Below are positions 39,046 through 54,951 of a stretch of DNA of 64,000 nt, in pieces. Each line of letters starts with the position of its first letter. Position 1 is the first letter of the stretch. Origin of the DNA: Eledone cirrhosa (Eukaryota); contig OZ024742.1 of NCBI GenBank assembly GCA_964016885.1, positions 19,592,001 through 19,656,000 on the forward strand. Direction: 5' to 3'. The notes under the pieces are model-generated. The model made no database searches. It was not told the origin of the DNA and was given only the letters and a program-made list of their open reading frames with translations. A program made the position numbers and the translations under genes.

Positions 39046-40038
39046 CTATATACTACCAAATAATATGATGATTTTTCTACTAATATATTCAGTTATTTTA
39101 TTTTACAAAGCTGTTTATACAAAAACAAAACACTATTGAAAGGAACAACAAAAAAAAAAAGAAAGAAAAAAAAAGGAAATAATACAATCGCGTATACAAG
39201 CGGCCGAAATGAGATTCCTCTGAAGGTCTTTGGAGTAAGGTTACTCGATAGAGTGTATAGCTCAGAGATGAGAAAGTCACTCAATGTTGACCCGTGATCT
39301 CTCCGAATTGAGAGATCACAGCTCCGATATTATGGCCATGACGTTAGAATGTCTCAGGAAAGAATCGCTGGACAGATTTTATGAGCAAAACCAGCCGAAA
39401 GGAGTCCCAGGGGTAGACCCCGAATAAAATGGTTGGATAAGATAACATCCACGAGCTTGACTGGTCTCGCTTAGGGATCCAGCCAGATCAGTGGGAGACG
39501 GTTGCTTCTGACAGGACCCGCTGGAAGGAGTGTTTAAGGACTCTGCCCTCACGACCCTCTCAAGAAGAAGAAGAAGAAGAAGAAGAAGAAGAAGAAGAAG
39601 AAGAAGAAGAATCATGCAACAAAAGAAAAGGAGAGGGAAGGACAGACACTACAGCCCAGTATGAACGGTGCCTCAGACAGGCATTACCGCAGAGAATGGC
39701 CAGAGACACCCGCTGCAACAACCACCCTACTTTACGGGGCACCCTCCTCTAGCGGGTCACCGTCTTTATATATAAGCCATAACTTTAGATGTTGCCTTCC
39801 CTCCTCACACACACACAAACACACACACAAACACACACACAAACACATACGCAAACACACACACAAACACACACACAAACACACACACAAACACACACAC
39901 AAACACACACACAAACACATACGCAATGGTACAATTTCCCGTAGAAAATGTTATATACCCAAGGATATTGCAGTTTTCTACTACAACAAAACACCAGATA
40001 TGTTGAAGATATAAACCACATCTACAGCTGCTGTCCCC

Positions 40039-40069
<31 letters not shown>

Positions 40070-40164
40070 GCACCCCCCCCCCCCACATACACACACAAAG
40101 CTACAGTTTCCCGTGTTAACTGCTACACATCCAAAGATGTTCCACAGTTTTCTCCAACCACATA

Positions 40165-40347
40165 ACTGTTTCTACTATTGGCACAAGACCAGCAATTATT
40201 CCAGTACATTACTGGTACTTTATTTTATCGACTCCGTAAGGATGAAAGGCAAAGTTAACCTCGGCGGGATTTGAACTCTGACCATAAAGGGACGTAACTC
40301 TTTGCTGCAAAGCACGGCGTCAGACGCTCTGCCGATACTGCCAATCA
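40165..40347 (-). mobile_element. tRNA-derived SINE
   Basis: Same family as 11851. Confidence 0.85.
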
Positions 40348-40486
40348 CATAACAGCAGATAAAACGACTTATCAGTAGAAGTGTCATGGGTGGCTATGTC
40401 GTCATAAAGATTCACTATGACGCTAACATACATAACCAAACTAGGCCATATTGAACCTGTAACTGTTACATTAATAAACCAAGCCC

Positions 40487-40630
40487 AGGCACATGGCTTA
40501 GTGGTTAGAGCATTGGGCTTGCAATCAAAAGGTTGTGAGTTCCATTCTCGGACCGGGTGATGTGTTGTTTCCTTGGGCAAGACACTTTATTTCACATTGC
40601 TCCAGTTTAATCAGCTGTAGAAATGAGATG
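40487..40630 (+). mobile_element. Second tRNA-derived SINE family
   Basis: TGGCTTAGTGGTTAGAGCATT...GAGTTCCATTC...CCTTGGGCAAGACACTTTATTTCAC. Confidence 0.65.
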
Positions 40631-41185
40631 ATAGGACTGGGGTCCCTATCATTAAATCACCCAAGACACCTACAACGAGATATACCCTGGTAGGATAGGA
40701 TTTAGAACCTGGGAGGCCGGGACACTTGAGGTTTTGGGGCCCCTCATACACTAAAAATTAGAATACACAGCAACCCCCAATTTCACATATCAAAGAACAC
40801 AACACACAACCTAGTCTAGGAATCGACCCACGACATTATGATCGTAAGTCCTACACACTTACCACTAGGCCACGTGCCTCTATATATAAATAAATAAACT
40901 GGTGAAATATCTCTGCCAAACCCTCAGTTAAAATGTGAGATGAGATGGAACTTCGTCTGTTTCTACGATGACTCCTCCAGTTTTTTGATTAGCCAACCCG
41001 GCCGAACGTTCTACAAGCACGTGTACCTTTAACGTAATTTTCTGTAACAAGGCTAGCCTTTTGAATTATCTATGCAGTTCATCGGACGGGCCTCTGAACA
41101 ACTTCTGCCAACCTAATTTAACTCACAAAGCTTCTCGTGAGGCTATCGTAAATAACATTTTCCCAATATACCACGGAGGTCCATC

Positions 41186-41186
<1 letters not shown>

Positions 41187-41216
<30 letters not shown>

Positions 41217-41304
41217 TGTATGTATGTATGTATGTATGTATGTATGTATGTATGTATGTATGTATGTATGTATGTATGTATGTATGTATGCATGTATGTA
41301 TGTA
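41187..41304. repeat. (TATG)n
   Basis: Direct reading. Confidence 0.95.
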
Positions 41305-42490
41305 TGTGTGTGTATGCATGTGTGTGTGTGTATGTGTCTATATAAGTGTATATGTGTGTGTATGTGTAAGACGTTAGGCGGAGGACGCGTTTTTATAATA
41401 ATCAGATTAACAGGGAAATTATTTTCTCAATAAAGGAGAGTAGAAAAGAGGGAAGAGAGAGAGGGTGAGAGAGTAAGAGAGGAATAGAGAGAGGGAGAGA
41501 GATAAGATGAGAGACTGAAACATTTGGGAAGAAAGACAGGGTGAGAGAGATAGAGATAAGGTAAGAGAGAGAGAAAGAGAGTGAGAATCAGAGAGAGGAT
41601 GGGGAGTTGCGGTGAGAGAGGGGTGAGAGAGGGGTGAGAGAGGGAGAGACTGAGAATCAGAGGGAAGGTAGGGAGTTATGGGTGAGAGAATTTGAAAAGA
41701 AACAACAATAATGTAAGCCTTTTTTTTTCTATGTCCGGAAATTATGAAGTACAGAGTAGGTAGGGGAGATAACCGGGTGTCTCTTTATATTCATCTCCTG
41801 TATTCCTGTATTTAACACAAACCTGACACAGAACTACAATATTTCATTGATAGAGATTTCATTGAAGAAAGAAGAAAGGAGGGGAAGAAGAAGAAGAAGA
41901 AGAAGAAGAAGAAGAAGAAGAAGAAGAAGAAGAAGAAGAAGAGAGAATGACAACAACAACAGAAAGAAGAAAAGGGGGAAGAAGAAGAGAGAATGACAAC
42001 AACAACAATAACAATAGTGTGGAGTTATTGGTGATGGTGGCGGTGGTGGTGGGAGGTGTTGGTGGAGGAAGTGATGAGGGTGTTGGTGGAGGAAGTGATG
42101 AGGGTGTTGGTGGTGGTTGTGGTGTGGTTGTAGTGTTGGTGGAGGGGCTGGTGAGGGTATTGGTGTTGGCGTTGGTGGAGGTTGTTGATGGTGGGGAGTG
42201 TTGGTGGTGGTGTTAGTAGTGGTAGTGGGGCTGATGTGCTGGTGGGGGAGTGTTCGTGGGGGTGTTCGTGGTGGTTGTTTTTGGTGTGGTGGTGTTACTG
42301 GTAGTAGTGGTGATGATGTGTTGGTGGTAGTGTTGGTGTTGTCTACACAACATTCACATCCAGTCTCCGACCCCACCACCACTACCACAGCGGCTGTGGT
42401 GATGGGGAGAGGTGACTGGATGTGAATGTTGTGTAGACAAAGGGCTGTAGTTTGTAGTCTCTGCCCACCGAGTACTACTACTACTACTAC

Positions 42491-42543
<53 letters not shown>

Positions 42544-42750
42544 CAGAGACGTTACTCCCTCCTACCACCATGACAAGAGAGAGAGACACCCCACCCCCGC
42601 GCGCGCGCACGCGCGCACACACACATACTCATACACACACACACACTCACATATACACATATACGCACACACACACACACATATACACATACATACGCAC
42701 ACACACACATATATACACCTTTAACTTCTACAGTGACCTTCCACCTAAAT

Positions 42751-42965
42751 AATTGTTCTTAATTTAGGCACAAGGCCAGTAATTTGAAGGGGAAAGGAAA
42801 AGTTGATTAAATCGGCTTCAGTGCATTACTGGTACATTTATTTGATCGACCCCGTAAGGATGAAAGGCAAAGTTAATCTCGGCGGGATTTGAACTGAGAC
42901 CATAAAGGGCCTAACTCTTTGCTGCAAAGCATGGCGTCCGACCCTCTACCGATACTGCCAATCCA
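42751..42965 (-). mobile_element. tRNA-derived SINE
   Basis: Same core as 11851 with a longer tail. Another fragment at 48016-48120 on plus. Confidence 0.8.
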
Positions 42966-43123
42966 GCACCCAATAATAATGATCAAGGTCACACAGCACT
43001 GAACTTAGTTATAAGCCAGATCTTAGGGCAACATACCCTCAAGAGCCTCCTTTTGAAAATACATTTTTCTAACATTTATCAAAGATGATACATACATATA
43101 TATATGCACGCGTGCCCGCGCGC

Positions 43124-43180
<57 letters not shown>

Positions 43181-43216
43181 TACACACGCACACACACACA
43201 CATATATATAAATATA

Positions 43217-43560
43217 AATTCAGCGAGAATCGCATTTCGGCGGGTAGAAGAAGCGAAATGAAACGCAAAGTCAGAGTTATGCTGGCAAGCGCTCAATAGT
43301 TAAAAAACCAGATCTAAACAATATGTTAAAAAGGCATATACAAGAAGGCATTAATCACCTAAGTCAAAAAATAAATCAAGCTAAACAGGTCAAACAAAAT
43401 AAATGATAAAAACAGACCTAGACCCATTGGAATTGATGGTAAAATCCAAATGCATGGTTTCTATGACACCTAAATCAATAATACTGTCTGCTTAAAACTA
43501 TAAGCTTTTGGTATAATGATCGAACAAGGAATATCACGTTATCAACAGGTATTTTGTTCT
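43217..43560 (-). mobile_element. TA-anchored repeat, family P
   Basis: Diverged homologue at 52458-52800 (TCGCATTTCGGC; GGTAAAATCCA; GAACAAGGAA). Confidence 0.6.
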
Positions 43561-43785
43561 GCACCAACTTTGTGAATGACGTTCAGCATTGTAAAAGCAC
43601 ATGCGTAACTCACAAGGCGAAAAACCCCAGATTTTGGTAAATGAATTCATTATGTGTAAATCATGCAAGAAATTGCATAAATAGCACAAATCGAATAAGC
43701 ACTCAACCGGGTAGTTTTTAAAATAAACTTATGCAATTAATCTGTCAATAGAATTATTAACAGGTTAATTGTAAGACTCGGGAGA

Positions 43786-43856
<71 letters not shown>

Positions 43857-43979
43857 AAAGAGTCAAAACCCCGATGGCCGTCGGGGTCTTGACTCTTTTC
43901 CTATTTCCCACTCTACTACCCAAAGTATCAAGTACTCTGGTGCGTTATGGTCCACCTGGTTCCTTACCACACTTCCTTC

Positions 43980-44803
<824 letters not shown>

Positions 44804-44805
<2 letters not shown>

Positions 44806-47408
44806 AGTTGCATTTATCTTGCTTTATGTTCATACGAGTTATCACCAAGTCACAACCAGTGACCTCAAGAGACAACAAGGTCCGCCATGTTCAAGAAAGA
44901 ACATACATACTCACACATGCATCTTTAGTGTTTAGACTTGTGATGTACTTATATTGACAGAATCTTCCTTAGTATATGGGCAGTTCCCATTAGTACTATC
45001 TTTTGTATTTCTCCTATACGCGGGTTTCCTGCGATTTGCGATAAGTAGTCATTAGACCCCTTAGGTATCATTCCCAGAGCGCCTACAACCACTGGTATTG
45101 TTTTAGTTCTCAATTTCCACATTTTTCCAATTTCTATCTCCAGGTCCTTATACTTGCTCAATTTTTCAAATGTTTTTATAGATACATTCTTGTCTATTGG
45201 AACAGACATATCAATTAGCAGGCATACCCTCTTTTGAAAGTCCTTCAATATTATATCAGGTCTATTTGCATCTATTTTTCGGTCTGTTTGGATGCTAAAG
45301 TTCCACAAGATTGAGATGTGATCTTTTTCAAGTATGGGAGGTGGTTGATGCTCCCACCAATTCTTTTGATGGGGCAGGTCAAAATGCTTACACATTATCC
45401 AATGTATGTATTGTGCAGCTCTGTCATGCCTGTTTAGGTATTCGGTTGGAGCTATAGGACTGCACATTGAAATTATATGGTCAATGGTCTCTGGTTGTTT
45501 TTTGCATACACGGCATAATGGGCTGCACCCATTTTTTATTATGTTGGCTTGGTAATTTTTTGTTGGCAGACACTGATCTTGTGCCGATATAATCAGTCCT
45601 TCAGTCTCCGATTTCAGTCCAGAGGATGCCAACCACTGATGGGTTAAAGTTTTGTCAACATCAGGATTGTTAGCTCGCTCTGGGTATTTTCCATAGAGAG
45701 GCTTTTCTTGCCATTTCTTAGCCAGTTTCTGTAGCAGTTCTTTCTTTGCAGTTACTTTTACCTGCTTTGCTTTTTCTGTGTTTTCCATTTTAGCAGTAAA
45801 TGGGACTTCTGAGATTTGTAGTCCATTACTGTATTTTTGTGCATCTTTTGTAATGGAATATGATCTTTTGATGCTTTCGTGTTTCAAAACGAGTTTGATC
45901 ATCTAATCATGTGATTCCCTTAGATATGTAGATAATCCAATTGTTGCAGTTTTCAACGCAATGTCTAACTGGATTAACCCACGTCCTCATTCTTTCCTAG
46001 GGAGATATATTCTATCTATATCTCCCTTAGGGTGATGTATTCTGTGCATGGTTAAGAATTTTCGAATTTTTGTATCGAGCCTACGGATCTCTGTGCTTGA
46101 CCAGTTGATGACATTGTAACTGTAGGTTACTACTGGTATGGCAAGCGTGTTTATGGCATCGATCCTATTCCTTGCATTCAATTCCGTTCTTAAGATTGCT
46201 CTTACTCTGCGGTAACATTCCTTCCTTATCCTTTCCCTCATTGTCGAGTGCTTGATTCCGTCTCCTTCACAAACACCTAGATATTTGTAAGTTTTTTCTT
46301 GATCAAGTTCTCTTATCACGTTCCCCCGATCAAGATTAATGTCTGAACTCTTCAGCAGCTTTCCTCTGGTGAACGTTGCTTTGGCGCATTTATCTAGTCC
46401 AAACTCCATTTTAATGTCATCACTGAACTGCTTCACAGTGGATAATAGCCCTTGCAATTGTTCATCATTTTTTGCAAATATTTTCAGGTCATCCATGTAG
46501 AACAGGTGATTAATGGTTTTGTCATAGACTTTATATCCATGTTTTGTTTCATTGAGCATTTTACTTAATGGTATAAGTGCGATGCAGAATAAAAGCGGTG
46601 ATAAAGAGTCACCCTGAAAAATTCCACAATTAATATTAACTTCTCCAGCTTCCAGTGATTTTGTTTCACTATTCAAAAGGAGTGTCGTTTTCCATGTCTT
46701 CATACTGAATGACAAAAACCTCCTGACAACGGGGGATATTTTGAAAATCTCTAAACATTTTTCAATCCAACTGTGTGGCAAACTATCGAATGCTTTTTTA
46801 TAATCTATCCAAGCAATCGATAGATTTTTGTGTCTTTTTGTTAACCAGAAGCTGATCCTTACAGCCATATGAGCCTCGTTTACACCCTTTCTGCTCAATG
46901 GGAAATAGGTCATTTGTTATCAGGTGGTCATATGTGTATTCAGTTAGGACTGATGTTAACATTTTATACATTGTGGTCAAGCAAGTTATCGGTCTGTAAT
47001 TTTTGGGATTGTTTGTCTCATCATTCTTCGGAAGCAGGAATGTAATGCCGTTAACTAGCCATGAAGGTATCTTTTCTGGCTCCTTAACTATTTCATTGTA
47101 AAGTTGGGCTAACAGCTCATGAGACTCTGTGAAGGCATTTATCCAAAAGTTTTGTATTTTGTCTTTTCCTGGGGATTTGCATTTGCTGGTTTTTCTTAGA
47201 GCCAAGCGCAACTGTTCAACTGTTATATTTTCCCATGTTTGTTCCTCAAGGTGAGCTGTATCTTTCATTTGTTTGTCTATCCATGGGGCATGTATGTTAT
47301 GAACTTTTTCTTCGGCCCAGATCTTTTCCCAGAATTCTTGCACTTCCTCCTTGGGTGGTATTGATTTAGCAGTTATTGTTGACTTACCAATTTTTCTGTA
47401 GAAGTTTC
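44804..47408 (-). mobile_element. R4/Dong-clade LINE, 5'-truncated and disrupted, in (TAA)n
   Basis: RT motifs (NYRPITCL, WIDYKKAFDS, GIFQGDSLSP, HLFYMDD) and RLE motifs (CRVC..ETIDHIISMC, RHD, RPDIIL..LIDMSVP, K.SKY). (TTA)n on both sides. Dong elements are known TAA-repeat targeters. Confidence 0.9.
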
Positions 47409-47431
47409 TATTATTATTATTATTATTATTT

Positions 47432-47924
47432 TTATCTGTCTGGTGGCCATGGCGAAAGAGATAGTATGGTGGACACGTTTGAAAGGGCTGAAGACGAGCA
47501 CTTACCTCTTCGGTGATGCTCTGATTGACTTTTTCAAATTTCATTTGAAAAGGAAAATCAGAGTAGAGAAGGAAGTGCTCTCTTCCCAGCATTTTGTTGA
47601 AAGATGGGTGAGAGAAGCAAGAATGGCCCGAGTGAATGGGCCGACTCTGAGTATATATCTGTAAACTAAAGGTGGAAAACTGGGAGAGGGCACTTGCCTT
47701 GGTGGTCAGGGTCATTGTGGCTTTTTACTGGGCTTTCTCCACAAATGTCCCTCCGAAGTCTCCCCCCTATTGGGGAATTTTTCATTGTTATTTTCATTGT
47801 TATTTTTGTTACATCCTCTGTTTTTGTTTTTTTACACGCAGAAATGCCCATTTGTACCGTCCTGCATTGTCCTGCACTGTCCTTAATGTCTACTTTATGT
47901 AAACCCTTGTGGTTAATAAAGAAA

Positions 47925-47926
<2 letters not shown>
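47432..47926 (+). mobile_element. Tx1/L1-type LINE 3' fragment
   Basis: AKEIVWWTRLKGLKT...FFKFHLKRKIRVEKEVL matches the C-terminus of 62887-63585. Ends in (TTA)n. Confidence 0.75.
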
Positions 47927-48016
<90 letters not shown>

Positions 48017-48116
48017 CCGCTGAGGTTAACTTTGCCTTTCATCCTTACGGGATCGATAAAATAAAGTACCAATAATGTACTGGGATAATTCCTGGCCTTG
48101 TGCCCAAAGTAGGAAC

Positions 48117-48167
<51 letters not shown>

Positions 48168-48171
<4 letters not shown>

Positions 48172-49013
48172 TTTCAACAATGTCAGTATTCCGTGTGTCA
48201 TAATTCTCGATTATCATTGGTTCATAAGTTTCAAAAGACTCCGCCCACCTCAACGGCGCCAAACTTAAATTAATATGCATAATGCCAATGAGGGAGTGAG
48301 AGGGGAGAGTAAGAAACAGAGAGGCAAAGTGAACGCTCTAACTATTACCATATGTGCGTGTGTATGTACGTGCGCGTATGTTTATGTGTCTGTGCGTGCG
48401 TGCAGCGTTCCACAGAAAGTAAAAGCAATTCGACTTTATCAACCAGTGAACTACAGCGGCAACGGCGTGAAGCCAGGAATGAAGAAAAACGGGCCGAACA
48501 GCGACATCGCAACGCCGAACTTCAGATGCGATGACGTGTCGCCATGAATGAAGAGTAGCTGGCTGAACAACGCTAACGAAACACTGGAGCCAAGCAGCGA
48601 CGTCGTGCTGCGATAGTTGAAGACGAACTGGCTGAGCATCATCTTTTATATTAATTATCTATATGTATATCTACACATATAAAAGATTGGAACTTCCATC
48701 ATCCTTTTGAGAAACGTGGAACAACCACGTCTATGTAATGATACACATTTTACAGTCAGGCAGAAGATGAACCATCTCCTAGAGGTCACTATTCTAGGTG
48801 GGAGCACCTAGAATTGTTCACATACTATGCACAAACGGTACAATGAAGAATCTGGTATATCTGGAAGATTTATTTTACTGTTTTTTGTATCACACAGACA
48901 CCACGGACTCGCCTCATACTGTAACCAGACAAACGTCCAATACAGTCATTTTCTCTTTTACCTGTCTTCTCTTATCATCTGTTTACCCGGGCGAAGCTGG
49001 GTACGTCAGCTAG
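48168..49013 (+). mobile_element. Non-autonomous Helitron, copy 1
   Basis: 3' hairpin CCCGGGCGAAGCTGGG then CTAG|T. PIF1 remnant KIGTSIILLRNVEQPRLCNDT...LEVTILGG near 48683. Confidence 0.8.
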
Positions 49014-49019
49014 TATATA

Positions 49020-50071
49020 TATTAATTTCAACAATGTCAATATTCCGTGAGAGGGGAGAGTAAGAAACAGAGAGGCAAAGTGAACGCTGTGTTGGATACA
49101 CTATGTATATGTGTCAGTGTAGAGACATGTGTGTGTGTGATGTGTGTGGAAATAAGAGGGGAAGGAAAGCAATAACTATTAACATGTGTGCGTGTGTATG
49201 TACGTACGCGTATGTTTATGTGTGTGTGCGTGTGTGTAAGTGCACGGGTGCGTGTGTAAGTTTGCGTGCGTGTGTGCGTTTCCATGCGTGTATGTGTGTG
49301 TACGTGCGGCGTTCCACAATTGCCACGCAGTTTATCTGTCTGTGTGCCTGTCTGTTAGTCTAACATACACAGAGTTGTGAAGGGAGTAAATAGGGACCTT
49401 TTTTTACATTGATGGGCATCTTTTATATTTATTATTGTGTCATTTTTGACAAGTGCTCGAAATGAATACTGATAATAAAAGCAATTCGACTTTATCAAAC
49501 AGTGAACTACAGCTGCGACGGTGTGCAGCCAGGAATGAAAAAAAATAGGCCGAACAGCGCCATCGGAACGCCGAAATTCAGAGGCGAAGACGTGCCGCCA
49601 TGAATGAAGAGGAGCTGGCTGAACAACGCCAACGAAACACTGGAGCCAAGCAGCGACGGCGTGCTGCGATGGTTGAAGACGAACTGGCTGAGCATTATCT
49701 TTTATATTAATTATCTATATCTATATCTACATATAATATAACAGATTGGAACTTCCATCATCCTTTTGAGAAACGTGGAACAACCACGTTTATGTAATGA
49801 TACACGTTTTACAGTCAGGCAGAAGATGAACCATCTCCTAGAAGTCGCTATTCTAGGTGGGAGCACCGAGAATTCTTCATATACTATGCACAAACGGTAA
49901 ACGAAGAATCTGGTATATCTGGAAGATTTTTTAAACTGTTTTTTGTGTCACACAGGCACCACGGACTCGCCTCATACTGTAACCAGACAAACGTCCAATA
50001 CAGTCATTTTCTCTTTTACCTGTCTTCTCTTCTCATCTGTTTACCCGGGCGAAGCTGGGTATGTCAGCTAG
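49020..50071 (+). mobile_element. Non-autonomous Helitron, tandem copy 2
   Basis: Head-to-tail homologue of copy 1 with the same 3' hairpin and CTAG. Confidence 0.8.
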
Positions 50072-50355
50072 TATATATAATGTATTCGTTATCATTAAAA
50101 TTAATATAAAAAATAATTACTATAATTATAAAAAATAATTCATATAGCTTAGGGCCTCAGCAGGTGAGGATCCACCCCATACAATCATACTTCATTGAGA
50201 CATAATTCTTGAACACAGTACAACCGAATGGTGAAAAGGTTCCGTTAGCAATCGTGGCATCATCGGTAAATACCATTTACCATAGTTCCAGATCGATCCA
50301 AGCCATAGGAACACACGCACGCACACACACACACACACGCACGCACACACACACG

Positions 50356-50437
<82 letters not shown>

Positions 50438-50995
50438 ATATATATATATATGAAAAAATTCAGGAACCCTACGGCTGAGCTCCGGCCGTTTCAATAGCTA
50501 GATCCTAACTATATATATATATATATATATATACTCTGTGTATGTGTCTGTGTTGGTACTAATGTAAGAATCACTCCGTGGTGGTGCATGAGGGAGAGAA
50601 CGAGGGAGCCAGATGGAACGGAAAACCTACTCTCACACACTCATATATGGACTCACATACACGTCCACACACATGTACAAATACACCTGTACGCACACAC
50701 GCACACACACACACAAACACAGACACACACATCTGTACGCTCACACACACACACACCTGTACGCTCACACACGCACATGCTATAGCAGAGTTACACTACA
50801 TATATGGAGGTATTTGTGAGATATAACTGTTAAGATGATAGATTTAGAGTGCAACAGATTAGATGAGACCGTTTTGATTGGGTACTTGTAAATCACGTGA
50901 CCTATTTAGCTGAAATATATTGTATAATCTAGAATCTGGTTGTTGTAAATGTCAACTATGATGGAGATTATGCAAGTAGATGCACACACACGCAT

Positions 50996-51059
<64 letters not shown>

Positions 51060-51154
51060 TACCCTAAGTATTGAGTACTTTGGTGCGTTATGGTCCATCT
51101 GGTTCCTTACCACATTTCCTTCGTTATATATATATATATATACATACTTACACA

Positions 51155-52050
51155 CAGGGGGATTTCAATCCCTCTTGGTCCCGTGTAGCTGTGCTGAAGG
51201 TTGTTATGGTAGGGCTTGAACTTTTCCAGCATTAAATTGCATGTTACTGTCCTCAACTCATTTGTATATGGTACACAGATCTTGTAAAAGGGTAGCATCA
51301 GCCGTTTTTTTGTTTGCCTGTGCTACCTGTGTCTCATCAGCATAGCTAGTGAGGGATGTTGTACCTACTAAAGGAGGAATGTCTGAGAGAGCCACCAAAA
51401 ACAATAGTGGTCCCAAGACTGTGCCCTGGGGCACCCCACTTGTTATTGTTGTTTCCTTTGAGAGGGCCCCATTGTCTTTTAAGAAATCATGCAGCCACCC
51501 ACCTACTTTTCCACTTATGCCGAGTCTGTATAATTTGTGACATATCATTCTGTGGTCGACCTTGTCAAAGGCCTTCGCAAAGTCAAGATATATCACGTCC
51601 ACATGTGAGCTGTCCAACAGTTGTTTCCGTAGCCAGTCATAGTGTTGTAACTGCTGTATAAGGTAGCTTCTTATGCTAGTTCGGCGGTCATTTTCCTCGA
51701 GGAACGTGATCAGTTTCTTTCTGATGATCCGTTCCATGACTTTACATATATGTGATGTCAGGGAGACTGGCCTGTACTTTTTGGCCTCCGCTCTGCTTTC
51801 TCCTTTAAGGAGAGGGCATATTGTACATTGTTTTAGCTCTCTGGGTAGTTTACCGCTAGCCAAAGAACTTTTGAAGAGGCTCTTTAGTGGTCTTGCTAAG
51901 GCCCGCTTACATGTTTTTAGGATTGCTGGGATTCCAACAGGTCCATCAGCTGAGTTTGTTCTAATTTCATCTATGGCGGATATCACCTCTCCTTCCGTTA
52001 TGTCTATGTGGTGGATGGTCGCCATTTCTTCGTGGAGTGTTGTGGCTTGA
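51155..52050 (-). pseudogene. CR1/L2-group LINE RT fragment
   Basis: [48 protein letters not shown] and YADET, with deletions. Confidence 0.85.
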
Positions 52051-52066
52051 AAGAAACCCTCTCTCG

Positions 52067-52275
<209 letters not shown>

Positions 52276-52280
52276 TTACT

Positions 52281-52460
<180 letters not shown>

Positions 52461-52919
52461 AAACATAAATTATCGAGATTCGCATTTCGGCCCACGAAAT
52501 AACGAAAAACAACCTCCGAGATGTGCGGCAAGTGCTCAATGATTCAGATGAACCAGAGCTATAACAAACGTTAAGGGGCAAACACACTGAGGCGATGGTT
52601 AAACAATCATTCGCATAGTCCCAAAAAACGATCAAGTAATTCGGGTATTGAAAATTTACCTGGACCCCTGGAAGGTTGGTAAAATCCAGTATATGGGTTT
52701 CTGCGGCTCCTAAATTAAGTACCGTCCGCTTACATAAATAATGTCAGGCTTCTGGTAAGATGATTGAACAAGGAAGCCACTTTCTCAACAGGTTTTAGTT
52801 CAATGTTAATACAAGGACTGACTATTGCTGACCCCACGTGGGGATCGGCAAGGGAGGCAACCCCTATATCAGGCGAATGAATTCAGTTGTGTATATTTTT
52901 GCAAGAATGCAAAAACATC

Positions 52920-52982
<63 letters not shown>

Positions 52983-53380
52983 CATACATACACACATACA
53001 CACATACACACACACACACACACATATATATATATGTGTGTGTGTGTGTATGGTGGTAAAATGACCACGAACACTATTACCACCGAAACAAGAGACAACA
53101 AGAGGGGAGGGAAAGGTGGTGGTTTGTTGATTGGGGGGTGGTGGGGAGCTAAAGGTTAACGACTTGTATGAAGGGTTAGGGTGGGTGGGGAGAGAGGAAT
53201 GGAATGTGGGAAGAGACAGTGGAGGGGTGATGATGTTGGAGTGGGGGTGGGAGAGAAGGAAAAAGAGAGTAAAGGAGAAAATGAGAGAGAGAGAGAGTGT
53301 GTGTGTGGAGGGGGGGGGGGAGTAAAACATCTGACATTAGATGGAATGTTAAACAAAAGACACACACGTGTGTGTGGGCA

Positions 53381-53414
<34 letters not shown>

Positions 53415-53419
53415 CATAC

Positions 53420-53474
<55 letters not shown>

Positions 53475-53597
53475 TATATGGGTGTGTGTATATATATATG
53501 TATATATATGTATATATATGTATATATATATATATAATATACATATATATATGTGTGTGTGTATATATATATGTATATATATGTATATATATGTATA

Positions 53598-53650
<53 letters not shown>

Positions 53651-53812
53651 TATATATACATATATATACACACACACATATATATATACATATATATGTA
53701 TATATATATATATATATAATATATATGTATATATATATATATATATATACACACAGTGTATATATATATATGTGTATGTATGTATATATATATATATATA
53801 TTTATATATATG

Positions 53813-53897
<85 letters not shown>

Positions 53898-54321
53898 TTA
53901 TATGTATTTATGTATTTATATGTATGTATGTATATATCTATATGTATGTATACATTATATACACTCTCAAATCCTACATACCACTACATACAAGCTGAGC
54001 AAGAATGCCTCCTGTATGTGAGGCTTGTCAACTCCACTCATCTACCACAACAACTAAAACAACAAAGGTTGTTAGACAAAATAATGGGGTTTTATAGAGA
54101 CGTGTGGGCTGCACTTCACCAACGCCCCCTCCCCCTTCATATCCCCTCCCCCTTCGTACCCCCCCGGCGACCTTGCCCCTCCACCCCCACTTCAAAACAT
54201 CCTAGTTTTGTAATTATTTATGTATTTGTTTTATACACGGAAATTACTTCCATCTTGTAAATACATTCTAGGCTAAGGAGACATTCAATGTCATGTGTGT
54301 GTGTATGTGTGCGTCTGTGTG

Positions 54322-54391
<70 letters not shown>

Positions 54392-54392
<1 letters not shown>

Positions 54393-54586
54393 GTTATTCC
54401 GGGTTGAATCGGAGGTAACCACAGTAAGTAAGGTACTCAATACATAGCAGAGTATAACAGTTTTAATATAGATGAGATTCTACAGGACTAGAACTGTTTC
54501 ATTCATTAGAAATCATCAGGATTCCTGATGATTTCTAATGAATGAAACAGTTCTAGTCCTGTAGAATCTCATCTATATTAAAACTA
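54392..54586. mobile_element. Hairpin insertion, family B
   Basis: Perfect ~60-bp arms turning at 54522; HHR at 54520-54568. Confidence 0.85.
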
Positions 54587-54604
54587 TATATATATATATA
54601 TATA

Positions 54605-54885
54605 AGTGCCCACCTGCATATATTCCTATAGACTATGTGTAGGCTTCTACATAACCTGGACATTATTTTCCCAACTTGTAGAAAACTTATAATGAAACGA
54701 TCGTTTGGAAAGAGGGATGTATTTAATTATGTCTCATATAAAATAATACAGCTGGCTATCCGCAAAATAAGTATAGTTAGCAGCCCAAACGTATAATTGG
54801 GATTATACTAAGGTATATCCTAATGTATGTTGAGTGAGACGGAAGTCGGTCGGAGTATTGCTTAAAGCTTTCTCTGTTAATGTAT

Positions 54886-54890
<5 letters not shown>
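54605..54890 (+). mobile_element. PLE-terminus, family J (HHR 5' core lost)
   Basis: Retains both stem II hairpins and CTTATAAT-GAAA-CGATCG-TT-TGGAA. Confidence 0.75.

Positions 54891-54949
<59 letters not shown>

Positions 54950-54951
<2 letters not shown>

Noticed and set aside
38340-40160. Diverged local duplication (38455-38670 versus 39927-40160)
   Set aside because: Real, but old and featureless; no functional signal seen.
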